Origin: Paragordius varius
Taxonomy: Eukaryota > Animalia > Nematomorpha
Direction: 5' to 3'
Length of the DNA: 64,000 bases
Assembly: GCA_964247055.1 (NCBI GenBank)
Contig: OZ176053.1
Span: 10,602,001 to 10,666,000, forward strand
The translations under genes and the position numbers were made by a program. Below the pieces are notes generated by a model, which worked only from the letters and a program-made list of their open reading frames with translations, was not told where the DNA came from and ran no database searches. Positions 40,501 to 51,119 of the stretch are shown one piece after another; the first letter of the stretch is position 1, and the number at the start of each line of letters is the position of its first letter.

Positions 40501-43500
40501 TTATGTATTAACATTATGATTGAGGAAATATGATTAATTTTAATGCATGGATTAGTAGCAATCTTAATTCAAATAAATTGCTTGGAATATATCACACTAT
40601 ACAATAAAACACATTAGCTTTGAACAACTTTTAAACTTCAATAACATTTATATTTGTCTCAAGAGAATAATTATAATTAAAAACACACATACTTTTAAAT
40701 TTAACGATTCCCCCACCACTGTAAGTGACTTAGATCTGGCCTGAGCTTTGGCCAATAACGCTTCGGCTTCACCTAAATAATGTGTTGTATAAATAGCCAA
40801 GAACCAAAAATATCCAAATAGTATACCAATTATAGTTCAAATTCACCCTTGAACAATTCAAATTCACCTTCAAACAATTCAAATTCACTTAAAAATAAAT
40901 TAAATGTTTTCGAGCTAATATAATTCATTATTAATATTAAATATATCTTTATGGCATAATTAATTATTTTTAAGTGTATTAATTTACAAAATTTTATTTT
41001 TTAAAAATATATTAAAATATAGGTTTTTAATCTTAAAAAACATGTTATTTATTTGAGGGTGAATTTGAATGGTTTAAGGGTGAATTTGAACTGTTTAAGG
41101 GTGAATTTGAACAGTAAATGGTATATATCAATTATATAGGTGGTAACAAACTTTCTTCTAGTTAATCAAAATGATTAATAACAAAATATAGAACCTAAAC
41201 GCAAAAAAATTAAGGTTATTCACGAGCCTTCAACATAAATTTTTATCTATGTAATTAAGGCGATATGAATAAACGAATGTTTTTATATTGTTGATAATTT
41301 TTAAATTTCATTGTTTCAATTCTTCAGCTATTATTTTTCTTATATATTTAATTCCAAAACCTATTAGGAGATGAATAAATGGCAAAATATAAATTGAATG
41401 TTTAACAGTATTTTTCATTTATATCCAGAATTCTTTATAAAAACAAAAATACCTTGTGCAATATTTATTTTTTCGGCCTTTTCAGCTTCTGATGCCATAA
41501 TGCGGGCTGACTTTTTGCCTTCCGCGATATTTATTGCAGACTCTCGCATACCTTTAAAAAATACCATAAATTAAAATATGATTGATTTTATTTTAATTTA
41601 TAAATCTATATATAAGAGCCTATTATTGTAATCACACCCAAACACATTATAAACATTAATGTTGGCTGGCCAATTGATTATAAATAGAGTTTGATATAAA
41701 ACAAAATTTGTCCATAATTAAATAAAATTTCATATTGTAAGATAGGAGTAAATAGTAATTTAAACCATTTCCTGTTTAACCCATACGCTATTTTATTGCC
41801 AATTGGATAAAATAGTGTAAAGTGATCAACATTAATGTGCTAATATTAAAATATATGTAACTCTAAAAAACTTGTAAAGTACGATATAAAAAATGTTTTT
41901 TAACATATATCGATCGATAGCTAAAGGCCTTAGTTAGTATAATAAATACCCAGATTAGGGTAAAATAAAAAATTCTTTTGATCTATCTGATAATAGCCAA
42001 AATCCTAAAATCGTATCTTTGTAGCATATTAGGCGGGAAGTCAGCTTAAATATATTTGTTATCATGTATTGCAAAAAATAAATCTGAACGCTAAAAATCA
42101 TTAATCATTGCATTTTGACGAGAAATTTAAACATATTGCGATTAAATAAATATTTTAATTTTATTTAAGTTATATCTAATACCCAATAATCGCAAAATAA
42201 TTAAATTTTATATTTTGGATATAATGTTGAAAGTGTATCATCTCTTTTAATTTATCCTATTTCTGCATAGCGCTTAAAACAATGTTTTAAGCGTTCGGTA
42301 ATCAAAACATTTTTAATGGAAAATATTTAAACAAGATTTTTTAGCCCAAATATAGCCATTGTTTATAAAACAAATACAAAAATTATTTTGTATACATTAT
42401 ATTTAAACTTTTGTAGCAATAGAGGGTTTTATCAACTAATTATTTTAGCTTTTGGTTTATACTATAAGAATTGGATTTACCCTATCTATTGTTAGTAGTA
42501 TAAAAATATTATTAATTATAATGGAAAAATTCCAAAATTATTTATTTTATCAACTATATTTAGAAGCATACCAAATTAAGAATTAAATGTAGGGGTATGC
42601 ATATGTGTTTAGTAAGAAAAAAATAACCTAACACTTAAATTAAAAACATTTAGTTTTTTGTATTTACAAGGAATATTTTACCATGAAAACTTTAGAAGTT
42701 AAAAAAATTGATTCATAATTTTAGCATATTAGTAACCAAATATTAATTTAGCGGGAAAAGAAATTAAATAAATTGAAACCTTCGGATTCTAAAATCGCTG
42801 CCCGTTTTTTTCTTTCGGCCTCGACTTGCATTTGCATAGCATCTTGTACTTTTGCCGGTAATTTAACATCCCCTTTATAAATAAATTGCGAAGATAATTA
42901 AAAACTAAATATAGTAATAAAGAAGTGTCTAGGTAATTATAACAATGCTTTTTTCAAAAAATTTAAAAATATTTGGCAAGACCGATTCAGGTAAATGTTA
43001 TCATAGATTTTTCAAAATAAAACTATTATTTGTAATAGACATTACTTATTTCATATCGTAAACAACTGATTCCCCATGCCTCCGATGCCTTATTTATTGA
43101 TGCTAAAATATTATATAATATATATAAACCAACTATCATTATATTTAATGATTCTCGCTCTTTAAATACAGAATCCAAAGAAATTTTTCCGATTTCTGAT
43201 CTCATATTAGTTTGAGCCAATTGAGTAATAGCGAATTCAGGATCTTCTACGCCATAACTAGCCTATATTTGGTAAACATTATACTTTGTATGGATCAAAA
43301 ATTTTAAGGTATAAAACACCGTCCAAAGTTAGTCCAACATTGTCTAAAATTGAAGAAACAATTACCTGCAGTTATGGCTCCTTGTTGAGGTATTTCGATC
43401 GCAATTTCTTTCAAACTTTGAACATATTTAACACTTTCCATAATTGGCAAAAGAAAATTGAGACCCTAATTTAAAATTATTTAAAGATAAACAGGCTGCA

Positions 43501-43689
43501 AGATTCGATTAAATCGACCCATTCTCTCAACTATCCATGCCTCTTGTTGGGGAACAAACATCATAATTGTATTAAAAGGAAGCCCTGATCGATATCCTGC
43601 TGTTAAGATTCTCTGCTAAAAAATAAAATTTTAAGGCTTACAAATTTAAATTTGTTTAGGTTGCGTAAAACTGTGCAAGAAGCGTGCAT
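34508..43689 (-). CDS. STOML2: Stomatin-like protein 2 (mitochondrial SPFH protein), 11 exons; introns 1-5 are 26, 27, 22, 22 and 27 nt; intron 9 is ~5.5 kb
   Basis: Spliced: MHASC...GLPFNTIMMFVPQQEAWIVERMGRFNRILQPGLNFLLP...KYVQSLKEIAIEIPQQGAITADNV...LDGVLY...DPYKASYGVEDPEFAITQLAQTNMRSEIGK...WGISCLRYEIRDVKLP...MQMQVEAERKKRAAILESEG...AEQYVNQFGNLAKSSNTLILP...MVAQAMSIYKTL. Exons 43689-43642, 43615-43493, 43465-43366, 43343-43285, 43262-43130, 43102-43046, 42872-42781, 41551-41453, 40792-40693, 35155-35027, 34813-34508. Confidence 0.95.
36666..37210 (+). pseudogene. Ty3/Gypsy reverse-transcriptase fragment, inactive (inside STOML2 intron 9, opposite strand)
   Basis: FSSIDLRDAYLRIPVDEES...FQFNHLPFRL...FQRIMD...AYLDNVLI, then after a frameshift EHDRNLNETLTRLQKFGFTLRKDK...IKFLGFELSKQGIRPVQDKIDAI. 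YxDD is mutated to YLDN; no LTRs seen. Confidence 0.9.
37350..38870. pseudogene. Two related decayed LINE (CR1-like) 3' fragments in inverted orientation (37350-37860 -, 38500-38870 +)
   Basis: Shared segments aaaactctagatagttttgttaat and ggatacttctttca(c/t)aaca...atgcgaaagcttgttgat on opposite strands; IKLFAND (cf. LFADD) on the minus copy. Confidence 0.5.
39773..40333 (+). mobile_element. piggyBac-type MITE, copy B
   Basis: TTAA at 39769-72 and 40334-37; CACTTGGATAC left end; same internal sequence as copies A and F. Confidence 0.85.
40822..41125. mobile_element. Foldback-like MITE with ~95-bp TIRs built from three ~21-bp direct repeats (related decayed copy ~21500-21710)
   Basis: Left tataccaattatagttcaaattcacccttgaacaattcaaattcacc... 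matches the reverse complement of the right end ...gggtgaatttgaactgtttaagggtgaatttgaacagtaaatggtata. Confidence 0.75.
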
Positions 43690-44199
43690 TTTAACATCAA
43701 ATCGTTATAAGGCTGAGAAATTTTAAATAATAAGTAATGTAATCCATGGATAATTGCAAAACAATATTTTACTTTAAAAATTCAATCTTTATTACAGTGA
43801 GTAAAATCAATTTAAAATAAGCGGTGGATTCGAATGTGTCTGTCCCCTTTTTGATAATTGGTTAATTTAAAGATATGTATCCCTGGATATTGATGACCGT
43901 AACTACGTTGCACATTCTCTGCCTCCTACCGAACTCTACGATCACCTCACTGTATGTCTTTGCCATACCTGTCATAATTATAGGAGCCCTTGAGGTGTCG
44001 CGTCAAGTAGGCAGATGTTATTTTGTAGCCGATATATCACACAATAGATAAGCCCTTTTTGATTCTTATATTTTTGATTCCTTGTATTTTGGATCCTGAT
44101 CCATTATATTTTAATTTTATATTCTTAAATCTTCATATTCTTTATTCATTACACAGAATTTCTAATTCACATCTAACAGGGGAAATTTAATTAATCACA

Positions 44200-44490
44200 A
44201 CTCTTTAATATAATAGTGGCCTAATTATTATCTCAGGATGTTAAAAACTAAACATGAATATTTTTGACTCTGTCAACTTATTAAACCATTGGACCGGCTT
44301 AATACGACTTGTAGTCTAAAATTAAAATCTTTGCTAATTATGCATATATTTGTTAAAACCCTGAAGTATGACGTCCCCCTGCTTTGAGGCGTGTAAGAGC
44401 GTAGGAAGGCGGTAAGTGTCGTCCTCTGAGGACAGGGGCGGTAAAGAGCAAGCCTGTCACACCCTTTTCTATATACCTGGATATTTTACA
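44200..44490 (-). pseudogene. CR1-type LINE 3' fragment (homologous to 49750-50400)
   Basis: Minus strand gives LSSEDDTYRLPTLLHASKQGDVILQGF, like the LSYEERL..LPTL..RR.RGDLI RT tail. High nucleotide similarity to 50250-50390 and 49760-49860. Confidence 0.55.
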
Positions 44491-44825
44491 TTTATAAATT
44501 CAATCTTTTTTATTACAATGGGGAAGATCAATTAAAATATATGTGTATTAAAATTGCCATATACTAGGCCCCTTAATATATATTCAAGTATACATTTTAT
44601 TCTCATATTTTTTACAATATCAGGAATATTAAAAAAGTGCCCGATAAAGTATAGCTCTATATTTTTCAAAAATAGTATGTAGGCTAGGCAAAAAATTATA
44701 AAGTAGATTTTTAATCATTCATAACTGTGTCAGGAATCTGATTTAAATTACCCTTTGCCACAAATAAAAGGTTTTTTGGAAAAATATTTTGTAAAAGTCA
44801 CGTTTCTGAAGTGTAGAGCCTTTAA

Positions 44826-45352
44826 TACTTCGATTCGAATTGGGGTATCTAAATATCCCAGACTAAATTAGTTAGGATTTTTGAAAAACTACTGAAGAAA
44901 ACGGTCCCAATTTAAATTCATGCTTCTAACCTAATAAAAATTATATAAAAATGCCAAAATATCTAAATAAAATTTCTTTTAAAAATAAGTTCCATCGCCA
45001 GTTTTATTATGCAAAATATCGTCTTCATTTAATTTTAAGGGTAAAATTAAAGCTAATTTTTTATTTATATTACATCTAACATTGATAGTAATAGCGGTTT
45101 ATTTTGTATTATTTTTCAATTTTCTAATTGCACACATGCCATGTTGACTAAATTTTTACCCTTGCTTAGATTAAAATAAGTAATATCAAGTATAATAAAA
45201 ATTTTTTCATATTCCTGTTTATTGATGTTATATAAGAGCAAAATTTTGCCATGGTTTCGATTTCTTCTATATTTATTAAAGTATTTTATCTGTGGTATCC
45301 AACTACCCCAATTTGAATCGAAACACTAAAATGAATGTGTTGCATCCATGTG
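44826..45352 (-). mobile_element. piggyBac-type MITE, copy C (reverse orientation)
   Basis: TTAA at 44822-25; the other end is catccatgtg|ctaa (degenerate TSD); collinear reverse complement of copy F. Confidence 0.8.
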
Positions 45353-45821
45353 CTAAGGAAAATTTTTATATTTTTATTTTTATGTTAAATGTAACTGAGG
45401 CATTTACAATAAATTTAGCCCTCTCGAGAAGTGCCTCGGACAATTATTGAAGGAATTTAACTCAAAACATGGAGGTTATTTAAAAATATCGTGGATATTA
45501 TTTGTGTCATGGCCCCAAGGGAAATTATTTTTGAAATTATTTCCTCACTTTAGTGTCCATGTGTTAAAATGGGATTTTTTAAAAAAATGTTTTAAGTTAA
45601 TTTTCCAAAAAACGTGTAACCTTTTAACACTTCGATTCAAATTGGGATATCCAAATTCCCCTGATTAAATTGAGGTTAATATTTTAAAAGACTACTGAAG
45701 GAAACGGTTTAAATTTATATTTATGTTTCTATCCTAATAAAAATAAGCTAAAATATCTAAATAATTTATTTTGAAAAAATTCCATAGATTTTTGCAAATT
45801 GTCGTATTCATTTATTTTTAA

Positions 45822-46343
45822 CAATTGGATACAACATATTATTTCACTCCTTCGATTCAAATCGGGGAATTTGGATACCCCAGGCGTGTTTAACATTAAA
45901 TACTTTAAAAAATATGAAAGGAATCGAAACAATGGCAAAATTTGCACCTATATAACATTAATGAGCCGAAATACATAAAAAATTTTATTCTTATTTTAAT
46001 GTAAAACCGAAAGATATAACGTAACATACGTGCATTTGCTAATATAAAAATAATACAAAATAAACCACTTTTTTTGTTTCTACCAATGTTATATGTAATT
46101 TAAATTAACAATTAGCTTTAATTTTACCCTTAAAATTAAATGAAGACGATTTTTTGCAAAAACCTTGCAAAATAAAAATGGCGTCGAAGTAGTTTGACAT
46201 GGAACTGTTTTTTCAAAACAAAATTTTATTTAGATATTTTGGCTTTTTTATATAATTTTTTTAAGATAGAAGCATAAATTTAAATTCCAACAGTATTTTT
46301 TTAAAAATATTGGGGTATTAAATACCCCAATTTAAACGAAGTG
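45822..46343 (+). mobile_element. piggyBac-type MITE, copy E, nested in copy D
   Basis: TTAA at 45818-21 and 46344-47; copy D sequence resumes exactly after the right TTAA. Confidence 0.85.
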
Positions 46344-46566
46344 TTAAAGGTAAAATAAAAGCTAATTTTTTATTTATATCGATCTAACACTGATAGAAAT
46401 AGAAAAAGTGGTTTATTTTGTATTATTTTTCAATTTAGCATATGCACACATGTCATGTTGACTAAATTTTAAATTTTATTCTTTACCTTAAAATACGTAT
46501 TATTTGAATAAAAATTTTTATATATACCGGTTTATTAATGTTTTTTAGGTGCCAAATTTTGTTATG

Positions 46567-48118
46567 GGGCCTGCTGAATAAAAACAAGCACCTACTGGGT
46601 AGTAGGTGCTTGATAGTATGTACCAGTTTTTGAAAAAACATTGAATAAAAATAGGTACTTACTATCATGTACGTACTTAAGTCTTTAGTATGTGTAAAAT
46701 GTTTATTTTCATTTTGTTTTTTGTTAGTTTTCGATTTCATTCATAAAATGCGTTTGAAAAATTCATAATGAAAATTAGAAAGTCTAACTTTTGGAAAATA
46801 AATATCGATTATCTACCCATATTTTTAAATAATGCATTTATTAATACACATTTATTCATAAATACACAAAAAATAAATCAAAATAATGTTTGAAAAATTG
46901 AATCTCGTTACATTTTGCCAGCCTTGAGTATTTGGGTCAGATCAATATTTGTTTCACAATCCTCCACATATTCAATATCAAAATATGAATTACTATCAAA
47001 ATCTGTTAATGGTTCGTTAATATATTTGGATACATTATGTAATATGGAACATGTTAATATAAGTTTTGGGATTCGTTCTAGACTTAAACGAATTTCGTTA
47101 CCAAGTATAGGAAATCGGGTCTTCATCTGACCGAAAACCTGCGCTCGATAATGCTTCTTTCAGAACAATGTAATTTATTGAATTTTTTCTCGTTCGATCA
47201 TCGTATTTTTGAAGGGGGTTTGGAGCCAGGATGATAGAATAGTGGATGTCCATAATCACCTAACAAACAGAATAAATCATTTTGTTTGCACAGATATGAC
47301 TGAACAATCGTGTTTCGCCATATCCTTAAATCATGTACAGATCCTGGCCATTATGCATCCACGGATGTAATTTCTTCATTGGTTCATGTAATTTGTACAA
47401 TGAGGGTACATCGACCATTTCTATTTACATAGGCCACAACATTTTCTTTAGGTCTTAATATTTCAAAGTATGAACAATCAATGCAACCAATAGCAGTTGG
47501 CATTTTATATTATGGATAGCCATAATTTATTCGCCATATTAAGCTCTTTTGACCTCGGAAATTTTATCCATTGATGAGATTTTGATACTATTTCGTCCAT
47601 GACTTTAGGTATAGTTTTGCATATTGTGAAACTATGAATATTAAAATCATGTCCTATACCCGCTTGATATCCCGGATCTCCAAGAAATCTTAACACAAAA
47701 TCTAGATTTATGATATTATAAATACCTCCATTTGCATCCTGGGAGTTAGTTTCCTTAAAGATATATTTAATTTTTAACCAAAATATGAAAAGGTCATTTT
47801 ATCTTAGTCATAACTCGAATTTGAATAAATCGGTGGTTTTTTATATGGAAAATAGCTTCATTCAAAAATATTCACTCAAATATATAAAATATAAATGTTT
47901 ATAAAATAAAATTAAGGTCATTATAAAGTATATAAATTCAAATATTTTACACCAAAATGGCATAATCGAAGAAAATGATATGATTGTGGACATTCTTGAA
48001 AAACAATATTTTTTAACAAAAGTAATAATCTCTGCAAATTGAACTCACAAAGCTTAAAATAGAGAAGGAAAAAAATTATTAATAATAAAACAAATAATAT
48101 TTAATTAATATATTAATA

Positions 48119-48158
<40 letters not shown>

Positions 48159-48455
48159 TCATGTAATTTAAAAAACATTTATTTTAGAAATTTTATAAAA
48201 ATATAACCGATATTATTTTAAGTGAAAAAATAGTAGTTTAAAATGTTGCCATTTACCAGCTTAAAAAAAACCAGTAAGTACTAGGTAAAATTTGTAAAAA
48301 GACAATTTTTATTCAATGATATTTGTCAGTAAATACTGGTAAACATAGTACGTACTGGATAGTAAAAGCAATATATTTTTTTATTCAATACATAGCTAGT
48401 ATATACTAGAAAAAACCTAGTTTTTAGTATATACTAGCTTTTATTCAGCAGGCCC
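46567..48455 (-). mobile_element. PIF/Harbinger DNA transposon with pseudogenised DDE transposase (~46908-47760)
   Basis: Perfect 17-bp TIR GGGCCTGCTGAATAAAA; ATG duplicated on both flanks. Minus-strand remnants LRFLGDPGYQAGIGHDF, IKFP, GCIDCSY, WPGSVHD, LLGDYG and FGQMKTRFPIL...CSILHN, interrupted by stops; internal (TA)n at ~48123-48155. Confidence 0.9.
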
Positions 48456-49149
48456 ATGGTTTCAATTCCTTCCATATTTTATAATATTTATTTTTTAGGA
48501 AACCCTGGGTCCAGCTACCTCAATTTGAATCGAATGAGAGGAATTTGTATCCAAGTGTTAATATCCAAAGTAAAATTTTTTAGATAGCCATTTCCTAAGC
48601 AGTTTAGCTCTACATCTTGTAATAGGTTTACTAGTTCTTTATGTTCAAATTTTCAAAAAAATATTTACTTTGGCCAAATTTGAGAACCAATAAATTATAT
48701 TTTATTTCCATGTTATTTAACGACGATTTCCATATCATTAAATTTATATAAAATTGTTTCATTATAGTTTATGACTGACTATTAAATACAAATTTTTTGA
48801 CAAATAATATTCTATAAATATATTTCACAAAAAACTACAAAAGTGAGGAAGTACTTTCATTATAAAATTTAATATAACCTTTGTTGACCTGTTCACTTTT
48901 TCGATGACATATAGGGGTAGTTTATCCAGAACGTCAATCTTTCAAATAAACTACTGTTTTAAAAATCTTTTGAGTAGAAATTTGTCAAACATTTTTTTCC
49001 TCTATTATACATAAAAGCTTATATTTTTTTATAACTTATAGAGTTTATAATTGTAACAGCTCCAAAACATGATTGAGCAGTTAAATATAAGGTTTTTGTT
49101 TATAGAAAGCAATCTGAAAGCTACAAAAATTAATTATTTTTAATCAAAA

Positions 49150-50746
49150 AACTGCTCAACAAGGTTTTGCACCGCCCATTTTTTAGCATTATCTGTTACG
49201 TAATGGCATGGAAAGGCCAAAACAAAAAAAATTGAGGCCACCAATAGGATTTTTTTATTAAATTTTTAATAGTGTAATTATTTAAAAATAACAATCTCAA
49301 CGAGCTCCAGAGCCAGGTATTTTCATTATAAATTTTAGAACAAATGCAAAAAAGATCCAGATAAATTATACATCTGTTGTGGTAAATATAAATTTAAGAA
49401 AAATAACTTGCGGAATATCGGTATTAATACTGGAAAACTTTTTACAAATATTTTGATATTAAAGTTGATAATGACAAAGCATGGGCTCCCCAAAAAAATA
49501 TGCGACGCATGTCACATCCTTTTGCACGGTTGGAAGAATCATAAAAATAAAGTGCCATTTTCCGTACCCATGATTTGGCGTATCCCAGTAAATCATGATC
49601 AAGGTTTCTATTACATATTTTTTATAGTACTATTTTTGCCTTTTTGATAATTTCGAAGCTTTTCGGGCAAAGCAATATGAAAAACTTACTGTTTACCCCG
49701 ATGTACCTACCGCTATTAGACCGGTACTTAATGATCCAAATATAACCTTTTTAATGTAATTATGGTCTAATTATTATATCAGGATCTTAAAAATATTCGC
49801 GAATATTTTTGACTCTGTTAACTTATTAAATATTGGACTAATACGACTTGTGTCCAAAATTGATTTATTATTTTTTGCTAATATTGCCTGCTTAGAAATG
49901 TTTGCTAATTTATATTCTATTTTTAAATCAAAATATTTTTGGTTTAATACGGATTTACTCTTGCATCAGTTGATATATTACTTTTGTATGACTTTTGAAA
50001 ATCGATTTTATGCTTATTATCACTATTTAATTTGTTTTCGTTGTTAGTGTAGTTTAACATGATTTTCATAATAAAATGATGATTAATTTTGTAAATCAAT
50101 CGTTTGCCATTTATGTCATTCTAGGTTTTAACTCATCTTGTTATCTTATCAATCATTAATTTATTTGGGCGCCTTATTTATATCGATTACACATTTTTTC
50201 TTATCATGTATGTATTTAGTATTATACGTTTCATTGCATATGTTTTTTAGAAGCCCTGAAGAATGATTGACGTCCCCCTGTCCTGAGGCGCGTAAAAGCG
50301 TAGGAAGTCGGTAAGGGTTGTCCTGTGAGGACAATGACAGTAATGAGCAAGCTTGTCACACTCTTTTCTGGATATCTGGCCCAGTATACGATTCCACAGA
50401 AGATATTTTTATTAACGAAGACTCTACAGAAAATGCTATTGATGATTTATTAAATACAACTTTATCTGAAAATGCCGTTAATCTTTATATATATGACATT
50501 ATTTAAAAGATAGTTTGAAACGCTTTATTAAATGATATTAATTTTATAATATAATAACTTTTTATTATAAAGTTATATTTGATTGTCTGTCGATTTTCTG
50601 TTGTTTTTGAAAATCGAAAAACCTGTAATATCTCAAAATTCTGATTGGAAGACCAAAACTTTTTTCATATTTGGTAGAACACTGAAATTAGTGAAAATTT
50701 GAAATTTTGAGCGGTACTCGAAAAAATCCAAATTTGTCGACTAGTG
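49150..50746 (+). mobile_element. Internally deleted Chapaev3-like (CMC) transposon, interrupted by a CR1-like fragment (~49750-50400, minus)
   Basis: 5' end (a)actgctcaacaagg; frameshifted CKKDPDKLYICCG...YKYFDIKVDNDKAWAPQKICDACHILLHGW...VPFSVPMIWRIPVNH...YPDVPTAIRPV, the Cys/His-rich N-terminal domain; 3' end ccaaatttgtcgactagtg. Superfamily assignment is from recalled motif. Confidence 0.72.
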
Positions 50747-51119
50747 TCTACACTATTCCGTATTAGAGATTTAGAGAAATTATAGAAAAAAGTGGCAGCG
50801 AAACGGTTTGTGAGAGGATTTTTTTCAATTTGGCGTTTAAAAATTTTTTGTATCATGTATAAGACTAAAAAAGCATTATATAAATTCGGTCAATTATGTT
50901 GATTCCTTTTTAAGATTTTCATTAATCCGTCTGGAATACTAACCAAAAAGCTCATGCAGTTTAATAGCGTCTGTTAATTCTATTTTTAATGCCATATTTA
51001 AATGGCCAGTATTAGTGATGCTATCATAGTGAAAAGCCGATGTTATATGGGGAAGGTTTCCCTTTGTGATACATATGTTTTTTTGTTATGTTCGTTCACT
51101 AAATCAATCCATAAAATTT

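Larger units (their letters stand above)
45628..48557 (-). mobile_element. piggyBac-type MITE, copy D, split by two nested insertions
   Basis: TTAA at 45624-27 and 48558-61. Removing 45822-46347 and 46567-48458 leaves ~512 bp collinear with the family consensus. Confidence 0.85.

Noticed and set aside
48123-48155. (TA)n tracts here and at ~9505-9525 and ~57117-57134
   Set aside because: Ordinary microsatellites.
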